Below, in pieces: positions 40,725-54,380 of a stretch of 64,000 bases of DNA. The translations under genes and the position numbers were made by a program. The notes under the pieces were generated by a model, which saw only the letters and a list, made by a program, of their open reading frames with translations, had not been told where the DNA came from and did not search any database. The DNA lies in NCBI GenBank assembly GCA_964304625.1, contig OZ199839.1, forward strand, positions 6,215,200 to 6,279,199, in the 5' to 3' direction. This stretch comes from Kudoa neothunni (lineage: Eukaryota; Animalia; Cnidaria). Every line of letters begins with the position of its first letter. Position 1 is the first letter of the stretch.

Positions 40725-43700
40725 ATGATAGTAATATCGGAAAGGATGAGAGTATTTCTCCTCAATGTGCATCTTATTTTTTACATGTAAAGTTTTTAAA
40801 ATCTTTATAATAACTATTTGTTGTAAGTTTTGATGAGAAATTTTGTCACGACACTCGACATTGATAACAATATAATGAAACTGAATTTTCAATCAAATAC
40901 TAAAAATTTGTTGTAACACTTTCTGGGTACAATATTGAAAAATAGCCACAGGAAATGTGCTCTGCAGTATTATGATAATGATGATAGGTCACTTAAGCTA
41001 TTCCAGATTGTAGCACTAATATTAAAAATGCTAAAGATGATGCAGATTCAAAAAGTTTGCATTTATGATTGCAAAAAAATTGAAATAGAATTTGACTATG
41101 AGAAATTTAAGAAAATTAAATATTTAAGATGGTGTCAAGGGAAGGGCGATGATGTAATAAGGTGCCCTATTAAGAGAGTATTTAATGTTAAAGGTATTTA
41201 AATATCATTTATTGTTTAACAATTATTATATAAAGAGCTATACATAAAAAGTGCTCACACTGTTGTAAAGAATAATTACGATTTTTTCGTTTCCGCTACA
41301 AGTAAAGTCAATAAAGGCTTTTCTATCAAAGTTGACGATACAGAAGAAACTAAGCAGGATCCAGACAGTGACTTTTACACTGCGAAAACTAAAGCTCTTC
41401 ACACAAAATCATTTCAACCAAAATATTTGGTTATATTCAATGATCAATCCCCTGAGATATTTCTCAATCCTAAAAAACAAACTGAAGATTGGTTTATTGC
41501 AATTGGAAACATACAAACTGCTGAAAAAGGACATTATTATACAATACAGCTACAGAACCCAGAACCGTCAAAGTTGTGTTACTTTGGTATAAAGGAAATT
41601 AATGATTCACACTTTTCTTCCTATTGCTCAGATATGAATAAAGCGGGACCATGCATACAACCTTGCTATAAAGCAACATTGTTGCATTCAAGTGATTTTA
41701 AATTCGCTCAAGTGCTTGTAAAATCAGTCGGCCAATCATCATCAAAAGAATTTATCCAAATTGTGACATGTATTTAATTGAGTACTTTTAACTTTTTTAT
41801 AGTTTTTTAGTTTGTAGCAGTCAACTCTCCGTTGACCATACGGATAATATTGGTCAGATGACTCTTGATTTATCTAACTTGAATAAAAACGAATGTGAAG
41901 ATGCAACGATCGGAGGGGCGACTACAGGAGTAAAAATAATGGAAAAACATTTCGGGATCGAAAATATCGGCAAAGATGCAACATGTGATAATGGTTGCGA
42001 CGGTTTTGATCAGAAAATTATAACAGGGCTCTCACCATTAACTGAATACATTTTAAAAATTAAGATAACAGGGTTAACGACCATAGATTCACCTGAAGTG
42101 AAACATTACCATCGATACTTTTATTTCAAAACTATAGGTAATATTGTATTTAAAGGTTTATCTAGATGGTAAATTAGGTAAAAAATTTGAAAGTGGAAAT
42201 CAAATTTCATCAACTACTAATAATATTGAGAATACAAAACTTTCGCTATCTATCACCAATCTCTTTGTCGCTGGATCTAATAATGACGCCATATGCGAAC
42301 TGTACTACTTTGAGGATGTAAATGATCCAGCAAAGTTCCCTGCTACGTGTGAGAAAGATGAAAAAAAAAATTTTTGTTCTGATACATGCACTGGCCCTTT
42401 TAAGATTGTAAACCTTAATCCAAAAACGAACTATAAAATCACTGTTTGCTCCAAAGGTTACACTTGTGCTGATACCTCTAAAATTTCTAGTACTTGATAT
42501 ATATAATAGCATGTCAATTATTGTAAACAGCTAGTGGAATTGTTGTTCAGTTGACAAAATCAGAAGATACTTCCAAAAAACAAACGACTGTCACCATGTC
42601 TCCTTCTAGTGGAAGCGGAAGCCCGGGCAGTTCATGGAGTTACATTTTGATAAGAAAAAAATCTTTAGAAACGATAATTGATTGTTTGAGCGACTGTGTT
42701 CCCACTTTAACCTCAAATAATATTGTTTTTGAATGGCAAATTCTCACTGCTGATATTGCTTATGAAGTAGTTGTAATTAATGATGATTATGCTTTTCCAG
42801 AGAAAATTGACATATCAAGTAATTGATTAATAGAAAAATAAATGTAATTGTTTTAGGTGGAGTCGTTGATGGTGATCAAAAAATGAATATACGATTTGAT
42901 TCAACAGGACAAAAATATAAAGTGAAATTCAAGAGTGAGTTGTTCGCCAGTATTGATAAAGATTGTATGGTTAGAATATTCAAATATGAAATCACTGATT
43001 ATGTGCATGGCGATGAAGATAATAGGGAAATCAAAAAAAGGTGCAGCATGCTTAATACAGAATTTATCATTAAACATAATGGGCAAAACAAACGAAATTA
43101 TATTTCGGTCACTTATTCGGTCACTAGAATACCTGAGCGTGCTAAAACCGTGTTTGCTAAAGCAAAAATGAACGAAGTTTTTGATGGTGTTTACGACATT
43201 AGCGATAAAAAATATACTCAGAAGTCACAACTAGCCAGATCAGAAGATTCAGAATCAGGATCTAAGGGTGACGGGACAATAACACCAAAAGTACCAGATG
43301 GAGTAAAAAAGCCAAGGGAGGGAGGAGATCTACAATTAGAGGTAGAAGTACAAGCAAAGCCAGAACCAATTACCTTCACCAAAGGGTGGGTCTTTTCCTA
43401 CTTCATTGGTAATATCAGTTTTAGTAATTACTGTATCTTTTTTAAGATTATTATGAGGAGATAACGCATGTTGTGACATTGAATGGAGACAAATTAAAAT
43501 TTTCCGTAAACAAGTGTCCATTAACCTGCGATGGATACAAAGATAAAACGAAGCTAAGTTCCTTCTCTAGAACTCAATGTGGATTGTCTTGTAACAATGA
43601 TAGTTGCTCAATTCAATTCGGCGATTTAATTGAAGATTATTACATAAGTTGTCCAACATATTTCGATTTTCACTATTTTTATGACAATACTTTTATTCAA

Positions 43701-46700
43701 AATTATGCACCTGTCTTCAGCAGATTTTATTACGAATTAACGATAAATGATGCAAATAGTAAACTCACTGTTAAATTGGTTAACGAACAACCTTCTGAAA
43801 TATGCACATTTGAATGGATTGACGCAACTGCATCATCTTCTAATAGATTTTTCTCAAACACTTGTGAGAACAATTCAAATTGCGTTTATAGTTTGTGCAG
43901 TAACGTTACATTTGGAGATATTCCAGAAGATGTAAAAGCAGTAAAAATACGTGTTCTCAAATTAGGAATGGAACCTACTGTTGGTTATCAAAATAATATT
44001 TATATATGTGATAATTTAAATTATATGCAATATAAATATATATTATCTAGTGAAACACGGCAATGATACTTCTGTGACTACATCTGATGACGGTAAAATC
44101 AAAGTTAATATTGCCGATAAAATTAAACACGAAGATGGGAATGTTGTAAATGGTGGTCCTGCTGCATCGTGTGAGTTGAAGTTTTGGAATACATATGCTC
44201 CATTAGTTAGCGAAACCGGGAGGAAAATTGTTAGCGAGATAAGTCCATGTACCATTGGAGAAATGAGTATTACACCGAATCCAACCAATTTGCCAAATGA
44301 TATTATGGTAACAATAAAAAATATACCAAATTTTTCTCCTAGAAAATACTTCTACCATAAAATAAGTAACTTTTAATAATTTAAAACCGTATAATATATT
44401 TTTTAGGCCCATCAATTTCTCTTTCTAATGAAGAGGTTACTGTTAATTCAAGTGTTAATGGATTCACACTCACTCCAAAGTCCGGATTAAATAATATTTG
44501 CAAAATTTATGTAAAAGAGAATAATACCCCATATTATTACCCTGCTATATGCTCAGGTGGAAAATTGTGTGCGGATAAATGCAGTGCAACCTTTGTTATC
44601 GTTAATTTACATTCGAATACCAATTATGCTATTAAAATTGTACCTAGTGGAAATTATGCGGTAAAAACAATCGAGAATAAAAAAACAGGTACGAATTTTA
44701 TTTATTGTTAAATATAATATAAATAGATGGTACTACAATCGAATTCGTAATTTCGTCTGATTCTAAGAAAAACAATCTTAAAATAACACCGACAAAAACT
44801 TATGATACTAATAGTATTATTAATTGTTATTATCAATTTTATGTACATGATAAAGAAGACAGTAATAAAAGTAACTTAACTTTTGTAATTTATTTTTAGC
44901 TTCCCCGACACGTATACAACAGTCATGTGTTGAATGCGATAAAGGGCCGAATAGTAGTAATAATAGTAATAATAAAAAATGCAAAAATATTAATTTTGGT
45001 GATAAGATCTATAACAACAAGCATAACTACAGATTAATGATTTATGTAGAGGGAGAATCTTCGCCATTTAAAATCGCAATTCCGGGTAAAATTAGTTTGA
45101 TTTTGTGTGTAATATTTTCTTAGCCTTTTCTCGAACTGGAAAACTTACACAAAAATTTACACAACAAAATCAAGATAAAATTGGAAAACTATTCATTACC
45201 TTGTCAGATTTTCCAAATAATAATAAATGCGCAATAAAAATATCAAATTTTGATGAGAATCCACAATTAATTGAACCTACCTGTTCCTCAACTGCTAAAA
45301 ATGGTTACTGCATATTGGAATGTGGAAAAGAAAATGCTGAAATAGGTTATGTTAATTCTAAGGTTGATCGATATATATCTGTTTGTTATGGTGACACGGA
45401 TGAAAAAGCAGAAACCTGTAAAAAGGCTAGGGTCTTTCCATTAATAATGGGTGATTATAATAAATATTTTTCTTGAATTGTTAAATAACTTTAAAAATTA
45501 AATTAACTTGTTTCATTTTCTAATTCCATTAATTTTATATTATTCATTATTTAATAGATTACAATCAAAAACATACTTATACTCTAAGCCATCTTAATGA
45601 CAAGGTTAGTTTCGCCTACACAACGAACTCAAAAACACAATGGATGGTATTTGTCGATGAAAAAAATGACCCGAACTCCGACACTGAAAAAAATAATTTG
45701 AATATAATAAGTTACCTCAGATAAAATAGCGGAGAGGTTCGCGACATTATCAGTCGATAGATATATGAGTTATTATAAAGTTGTCTCAGCAACTTTATGG
45801 CCTGGAATATTCTATTTTACTAATACCACCTTTCTGAATAGCACTATTCCCCTGAAATCAGAGATTATTTATTCCATAGCAACTTTTGGAAATAACAATA
45901 ATCAAATTAAAATTAAATTCTCCCCTGGTCAGTATAACGATGAAATGTGTCGCATAATAGTATTCAAGGTGAGTGATAATGGCGATGATCAATTAAATGA
46001 TGTTTTAAATGTTTGCGATAAATCAGAGGAAGGATGCTACCAACTTTGTCAAGATGCAGTTATTAATTTGAAGGGAGATCATCAAAAGATTGGTGTAATA
46101 GTTAAACGAAGAATTGATTCTGTTGGCTTTAAACAATACTTTAAAAGTAATGTTTAATTTTTTTATAAATTTAATTGTTCATAGGAGGAGACAATAACTT
46201 TGAATTGAGTGAAATTACTGAATCTGGAGTTACGCTTACTGGTCTACACAACTACAAAATTATTAAACAAGAAGAAAATGAAGCAGAATGTACAATTAAG
46301 ATTCGTAAAGCAAATACGATATCTTCTGAAACGACGGCTACATGTAACGATAATGTTTGTGACATTAATTGTAAAGATTCATATACTATTACTGGCCTTA
46401 CAGCCGGTACAAATTATATGATTTCCGTCACAGTTTCGAATCTTGGTTTTAAGGGTCCGTATGTTCAAAAACTTGCTTTTAGAACAAGTACAATTTAACT
46501 ACAACCCTCATGAAATTTAAAAAAATTTAGTTGAAGGAATTGAGTTAGTTGCATTAGCAGATTCAGATTTAACAATTAATGGTGGTAGCGCTATTTTAAC
46601 ACCCTTTCAAGCTAATGATTCACTTCCAATATGTCGAATTTACCTTAAACAAAAAGATGAAACGTCTCCAAAATTTATGGCTACATGTGATGGGATTGGA

Positions 46701-47735
46701 AAGTGCGAGCATAAATGCAACAATACATTCAAAATAGTAAATCTCGAATTGGGTGTTACTTACGAAGCAATCGTCGAACCGTCAAATGGGAGAAAAGAGA
46801 AAAAATTTGAAATTAAAACAGGTGATAAATATTTTCTTACTTTAAATTAGAAACAATAATAGATAACGTCATGACGAATGTTGCGGTAACATACGACAAA
46901 GATAGTGAAATAAAAATTGACGTAAATTTTGATAAAAAAGATAACCCAAAATGTCCATTCATGCTACATGAAAAAACTGATAATAACATACTGGGGCCAA
47001 TAATTCTTTGGTGCAGTGACGAAGAGGAATGTTCAGCCAATGGATGCGTAATTACTCTCAACGGGCTATCGAGGGAAAAGGATTATAAATTAAGTGTGAA
47101 AGTGAAGGACTTGTCGACTTATAGAATCCATAATATTCCTTGTAAAATATAACCTTAAGATTTAATAATTTCATTAAAACAAATAATAATTTATATGATA
47201 AAGACTTGAATATTTCAAAATCCCAAGGGTGAGATTAATATTCTTAAAACTAGATATATATATATATATTTAATGATATTTTTAGTAAATTCTACATCGA
47301 GATTGATGTAATCTGAATATTTATATAAGAGCATAACATAAGGAGCGAATATATCAATATTATGGTAGATGGTATTGTTCAAAAAATAATTAGGAAAGTT
47401 GAAACGGGGTAATAATATCATTATTTAACTGTTATAATTAAATTTATTTTAGTATACTTTTTTTAAATTTATTAACACTAAAGATACATGTAGATAGTAA
47501 AGAACAGTACGACCAAGAAGCTGCGAAAAATATTAATTCGTAAATATAAAAAGATGTTTCATATTTTTAATTTTTTATAGATCGGTTGGAAAATATATGT
47601 AAAGTAGTATTTATTTCTTCGTAACTTATTGTTTTTAGTGTTTACGCAATGATTCCAATTGTGGCTGGATTATTGGTAGTGATCGGATTAGTAATTTACA
47701 ACAGAAAACCCAACGACGATGCATATGAGTTGTAA
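40725..47735 (+). CDS. Large Cys-rich FN3-like type I membrane protein, paralog 2
   Basis: Same exon series as paralogs 1 and 3; hydrophobic N-terminus (MCILFFTFLMRNFVT); six FN3-like signatures; TM IVYAMIPIVAGLLVVIGLVIY; tail NRKPNDDAYEL*. A few 1-nt indels (~40755, ~40905-41055, ~45715). Confidence 0.88.
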
Positions 47736-49350
47736 GCACACTGATTTAATCATAGATTAATTTTTATTATTATTATTCAAAAGATATATTATTATATATT
47801 AGTATTTATGATAGTTATTTTTATATTTTTTATTCGATTTAACTACAATATATTTTATTGTTCCTGTGTGTGTTATTTAGTGAGTTGTACGCGACACTCT
47901 GCTAGAAAATTTCATAAAGTTATTTCACATTAAATTCATTGTCATTTGAGGTTGCGATTATTCTTCAAAATAGCTAAAGAATTTTTTTCATTCATTAAAT
48001 ATTTCTGATACACATATTTATACTTAAACATCGAATTTAAATCTATCTACTATATATACACTAGCACAGGGTTATTACGTAGCATGGTTATTGCGCACTT
48101 TTAGAAATATTGTCGAAAATTCAAAATATACAAATTAACTATAGATAGAAATCGTGAGATAATAGTAAAATATATCGATAAATACAATTATGAAATAATT
48201 TTTTCGTTGGGAAAAATAGGAGTACATGCTTATTGAGCAACCAAATTCTGTTGTCCGATTATGTTGGCATGGATAGTACACAGTAGGAAAATATGAAAAA
48301 TTATCGCTTACATGAAGAAAATGTGTAGATTATTAAATAATTGAAAAATTTGGAACTAAGAGTGGCGCTAAAGCGAATATCTTTAGGCGCTCCGTCCTTA
48401 AATCTGTCACCACATTGAATACAATTGTATCAATAAAATCAAAAATATTTTCAGAAATTATTTCAAGTGATTTAAAATTTTATTGCAAAACTCTTATAAA
48501 AACTTTCCAACTACTCGATATAAGAATTAACGAATTGATCAAACATTCGAGAACTTGAAATATAGAGCTGTCCAGAGAGTACAATAAAATAAGAAAATAA
48601 ATTAACCAATAGCATAAAAGACGTCACAAAAGACAACACTCCTGTAACTGTCAGCAGAGGACAGTTCGATGAGTTTGTTTCGAGAGTTAGTCTAAAAATG
48701 AACAAATTAAATAGAAAATCTAACAAAAATTAAGAAATTATTCCAGATCTATCACACCGAAATGAGGGCACATTAGAAAATAAAATAAATTAAACTTCGT
48801 TTAGAACAAGAGAAATAACAAATTTCTTGTTGAAAAAATAATTCTCTCTTAAACTACCTTATTCATTTTCAAAATACTCTGTGAACAATAAAATAATTTT
48901 TACGAAAATTTTTCACATCCTATTAAAGTTATTAATAGTGAAACGAGAGAATACATAAAAAAGCAGAAAAAGTGGTAACACACCCACCAAATTTTTCCCC
49001 ATGTGCGCCGACGCTGAAAGAGTGTCTGTCAGCGATGGCAATTTCGTTCGTTCAAAAATTTGGAGCTGTAATTTCTTTCGCGTTCGTTCATTAGTATTTT
49101 GTGAAAATTTTGAGTTTTGCAAGCGAATACGAACTTATCATCCCCGCCTCAGACTAATGAAAGATTCTAAATGTCGAAGTCTAGGAAAGTTGGTAACAGT
49201 CATTTTACCGAGACCTACCAGCAACTCGAGCTCCGAGAGGGTTTCTTCTAATAGCGAAAAAGTCCGTAGAAGAGATCGTTCACACATGAACTCATTGACC
49301 TTGTTGAAACTGCCGGTCTATTCCAATAATAATGTTAATAAATGTAACTA

Positions 49351-50810
49351 CAGTCGAACCTGGATATATATTGTGCAATTTTTTGGGAATGGTAACTAAT
49401 TACGCAATAGGGAGATTTTAAGAAATACAAGTTATTGGTGCAAGCGCGTTACGTATAAAAAACAAAAATTTATTCGAGTTTAAAATTATTGGTAATTTCA
49501 GTTTGTTTGCATCAATTTTTGATTATTTCAGATATGAACTCCATAACTGGGTGTTTTGAAATTAATGTTGTTGAGTTTTCTAATATAAACGTTTTATGAT
49601 TAAATTAATTGAATATTTGAGTTCCCCAGTTGACACAAGCGTTTTATCATTTACAAAGTTTGGATCGACATTTTTTTAAATCTTTCAACTGAGTACGCTT
49701 CAGGTAAAGCTATTGATTCTCCATGTATTTTTTTCTCTTCTTCAATGTTGCTGATTTCCTTATATTTTTTTATCAAAAAATTAAAGTTGATAAACAATTA
49801 AATAGTGTAACGAAATTTTCAACATTATTTTTAGAAAAATCTTGATTTAAGTTTTTATTATCTACTAATGTTTAATTTAATATATTGAAGAATCAAAATA
49901 CAATGTTCAAAATTCTAGATTATCTTCAGCAATTTTGAATAATAGTCGATGACACGTTTTCCGATGCTTGTTTTAAAGTTTTTATTAAAACAAAAACGGT
50001 ATACATAAACAAATTTGAATTATTCGTATTTAGTATGTTGCACTCTTCGTATTCTAGTGAAATTTCTGGGAACTTTACAGAAAAAATTAACCAAAATTTG
50101 AATATTCACATTGTTTGTTTCACCATGAAATTTTTTATAATTAATTCCTAGTTTATGCTTAAATCCCATGAACCAACCGTTACTACCGGTGAATTTTTCA
50201 ATACCTATGGATTTAGCATTACTTTTCGTTTCTTGCAAAATTAGGTGAGCAGAAAAAATCTTTTTCTCATTTTGCGTTTTAGTTATCCAAGGAAAGAATA
50301 AAGTATCTAATTCCGCGCACTTGTCTTCTTTTATTTTTTTTTTCGAAGCGGAACCAGCAAAATTAATAATATCGTATCAAGAAGCCAAGATTCTATTAAT
50401 TGTAGTGTACCTTGAAAATATATTATATTGTGGTTAGATAATTTCATATTATTAGATGTCTTAGGATGTTTAAAAGTCGTTGCTTTTTCTCCTTTGAGTG
50501 ATTTAATCGAATTACAATATTCGATAATTTACATTTTTTTCAACCACCATTCGCTGATTTTTTACAATTTTTTTGGCAGAGTTAAAAAAATGATTAATTG
50601 AGGATTAAATTGAACAATCTGTTACGCAGTAGCGAGATTTTAGTTTTAGTGCAATATCTTAAATTTATACTTCTCTAGTAAAACATTTTCATCTTTGTTC
50701 GATCTTGTAACATTAATTTAAATGATATATAAGAAAATTTTAAGTTAAAATTATGATATCCTTTATATTTCAATAAACTTGTGAAATTACGAAATATTCA
50801 AGTTCGACTG
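49351..50810 (-). mobile_element. pogo/Tigger transposon, internally deleted
   Basis: TA|CAGTCGAACCTGGATAT ... ATATTCAAGTTCGACTG|TA; CENP-B-type HTH peptide FTGSNGWFMGFKHKLGINYKKFHGE at 50020-50238. Confidence 0.88.
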
Positions 50811-51779
50811 TAATAATTATGTACAATATGAAATAGTTATTGATTTCTTTTAATTTCACATCATGATCCATCTTTTTAAGAATTAAAAAAATTGTTTGTT
50901 CGCTTTATTGGTCATAACTTTGATACTAACTAATTTCTGTTACCACCTAAGTCTTTGGTTGTGGGAACTCTCTCATGATGTTTGCTTAAACCCGCGTTAG
51001 AAAATACATGGCGCAAATGATAAAATAATCAAAAAATCGCTTCGCTCAAGATTGAAAACTACGTTATTATCCTCAAAACTTGATCTAGCAATCATCCAAA
51101 TACTTCAGGAATAGTTAAAGAAATGTCATAGATTATATTTCTCACTCAGAGCCGCTAACATAGCTATTAGGTAAATTTAAATCGTTATTCAACCAATAAG
51201 AATAAGCATTAATTTAAATACAATTTGTTTTTAAAATTAAATACAGTTATTATTCATTATTATCCAATAAATTGTCTCTAAAAACAAATACGTTCTTAAA
51301 CGGCCGATATATTTAGATCCGTTCCGCGGAAAAAATTTAAAATTGTGATTTCGTTTGTGTTTGCTCACACGAACGAAACTCACGTATTTGCCATCCCTGT
51401 TCAAAAGTGAGTTTTAGTGGATTAAACGGATTAAAATTGGATGTAAGCACTGCCTGATAGTGAGACCTCAAATTTTGCAAAAATTGCGTCAAATTAACGT
51501 TATTTCATTTTTTAGATAGATTATTTAATTCAATGATTATTAACATCGAAAAATTCACAGTTTTTAATACAGAAATTAATTAAAACCACCAACTACCCAA
51601 TAACGAACCTTGCATTATCGACATCTTACTGTATATTGTAAAATGGAATAATGATAACCATATTATAAGTCTATATAAAAATATTTTTGTGGCAATTAAA
51701 TTAAAATCATAAATATTAATATAACTGTTTTGACTTAATGACGAGTTTAGTTCAACTTATGTTTTTTTAATTTAAAGTT

Positions 51780-53176
51780 TTAACCCTCGCAGGACCAACT
51801 GCTGTCATTTGTGACCCCAATTTCGACAGTTTGACTTTGTTTGCATATTGAATAAAATGAGAGGGCTAAAAAATTCTGGATTCCTTAATTATAGACCGTA
51901 ATTGATAATTATAAAGTTATGATGAAAAAAGTGTATTTACTGATTTAAATATTTTACTTTTAATAAGCGATGTGCTCGCTACTTCATTTCAATGTAACAG
52001 TTACGAATCGATATCAAAATAATAAATATTACAATAAAAGCTATTGACAATAATTTTTATTAAAAAGTGTTGAAGTATTATTAGAAGCATATTAAGTGTA
52101 TATTATGGTTTTGCGCCGATGAACTCCGTTCAAAAATTGTGATTATCCAGAGATTGTCCTTTAGAAGAGATTTCAACAAGCAATGTAATTGTTGTATTCG
52201 CGCATAAAATACAAATCGAAACTAAGATAAAACTAAGGCAGAAAAATCGATACGTTCGAGGATTAAGTAAATTAGAGTATTTGGATAGGGATGGCTCATT
52301 TTTAACGCCACAGCCGCGTTAATGGAAATGTGGTAGAGCTGGGATAGTATCGTTTCCCATGGCAAGAATAGAAAGTATGGATAAGGTTGTCATTGTGGAT
52401 TCTTATACGATTTTTTAGAAGAATGAGTTTAGAATAAGGTGTCGGAAAGTAGTTGTTAGTAGGAACCGTAGAATGAATGGAAAATCGAATGCAAGAGTTT
52501 TGTTGTTTAAAATGATTAATAGAAAGGATTACTTAAGGGTTGATGGAACATGAGCGCATAGAAAAGATTTTTAAACACAACAGTAATGAAGGACTGCATA
52601 AATGGAATTTTTAAGTCAAATCAAAAAGGAGAGTCAATATAATCTGTCAGAAAATTTTAAACATTTATTTTTATATAAACAAATGTTTTATAGTCTCCAC
52701 ATCTGAATAATTAAAAGTTAGTTAGGAAGAGCGCCTCCATTTAATAAATAAAGATCAAATCATAATCTCCAGTTGCATACACGTATTATCGAGCCAATCT
52801 GAGGTTGTAATCACCATATACAATACATTGGGTCTGATCTCAAAGTTCATTTTATAACTCAATTAAATATTATGTTATCGTCGTCTACTCTTTGAAAATG
52901 TTCTAAAATAGTGGTATCTATCTATTTAAGGCGTGATATCCATTCATATACGGGTAACATGGAAAATGGTTTATGTAACGATGTAAGCATTTAATAGTTA
53001 CTTAGAAATGGTAGAAGTCTCACCGACTAATTTTTGTAAAATGCATATAATAAGTATAAAAACTAAATAGAGTAACAGAGTTTAGCTGTTTAATATAATG
53101 AAAAAGTCACAGGGTCAAAAATGATCCCAGTTGGTTCCTCGCGTAAGGTTTTTTAAGCTGGTGCTTCAAGGGTTAG
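51780..53176. mobile_element. piggyBac-type non-autonomous element
   Basis: TTAA-CCCTCGCAGGACCAACTG...TGACCCC at the left; GGGTCAAAAATGATCCCAGTTGGTTCCT...AAGGG-TTAG at the right. Confidence 0.7.
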
Positions 53177-53519
53177 TATTCAACATTACTGTCATAATTT
53201 TTACCTATTCTTAGGCATGTGCGAATGGCAGGTATCAATTAAATTCATATTTATAACATTAAATTACATTAAAATAACCGTTCATTATTCAGTGATTCTA
53301 TTCATTAAGTTTTAGTAGTTATTTTTATACAAACATAATATATTAATAGTATGATACTATTCGTTTTTTATTTAATATATATATATATATATATAATAGA
53401 CCGAAGAATAAATAATTATTTTACGATTTACCTGTATAATGAATAATTCGGAAAGTCTAATATACGTAAAATGAAGTGATTTTAAGGTTAAAATGCTGGA
53501 TAGTGGCCGCATGTACCGA

Positions 53520-54036
53520 TTAAAGATTATATTTAGACCGAGCATTAATCATAGATTTTTTAAATCAAATTAGTATGATATTTGTTGAACATTTAATTAT
53601 CGGAATGAATGGATTTCATCTAATGAATTATCGAAAATAATTTACTAGAAGCATTTGATACAATTAATCAGCTAATAATTGTATAAAATAGTGAATTTTA
53701 TTTATTAGAGACATAAAATTAATTAATAATTGGGGATAGCTAACGAGAAAATTGTAGCAATCCATTATAATCACCATTGCCACACTCAAATTTATGGAGA
53801 AATAAGGGTTACGTTATTAGTAACATTGAGTGTTAGTGCCTGTAGCAATAATTAAGAGATAATAAGAGTTCAATGTACTATTACAACAACTAATGTTGAT
53901 AACTAATAGAATGACATAAATTAATCTAATAATAATGATGCAAAATTGATAAATACAAAAATTAAAATAATTAATAGGTTCGTTTTAGTCAGTTGTCGCT
54001 GATTAGAATTACGGCCGCTGTTCTATATTTAAACCT
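53520..54036. repeat. Dispersed ~500-bp repeat, copy C (uninterrupted)
   Basis: Same orientation as 5010-5480 (TTGATACAATTAATCAGCT..., AAAATAATTAA.AGGTTCG...). Confidence 0.75.
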
Positions 54037-54380
54037 TTAGTATGATACGAACTGGTTGTATTGACTTGCACGTATGCTTCTCGTATTAAATTGCACATCA
54101 TGAGAGTTGATTAAAATCATAATAATAACGAATTATTTTCATAGTTCTCGTTAATCCCATGATAAAAATTTGTTTTTCTAAAATATTGTTTCTAATAACA
54201 CTAATAATTATTAATTAATAGGATTATTTTAGTTTTATTCATGGATAACGATTGATTTTATTAAAAGTGGAATTTGTAATTATTCGGGCTAAATGAAAAT
54301 GATTTACGACTTATTATAATATATTAATGTAAATATCCTTCGTGAATACAAGTATTATTTTTGTCATAAAATCTCCAAAA

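Noticed and set aside
48042-48064. TCTATCTACTATATATACACTAG, resembling fused Helitron 5' and 3' ends
   Set aside because: Too short and low-complexity to support.
48511-49399. GC-richer ORFs (48913-49122 minus, 49001-49399 plus) between paralogs 2 and 3
   Set aside because: No recognisable motif or consistent splicing, and the plus ORF runs into a Tigger TIR; probably decayed TE or gene sequence that I cannot classify.
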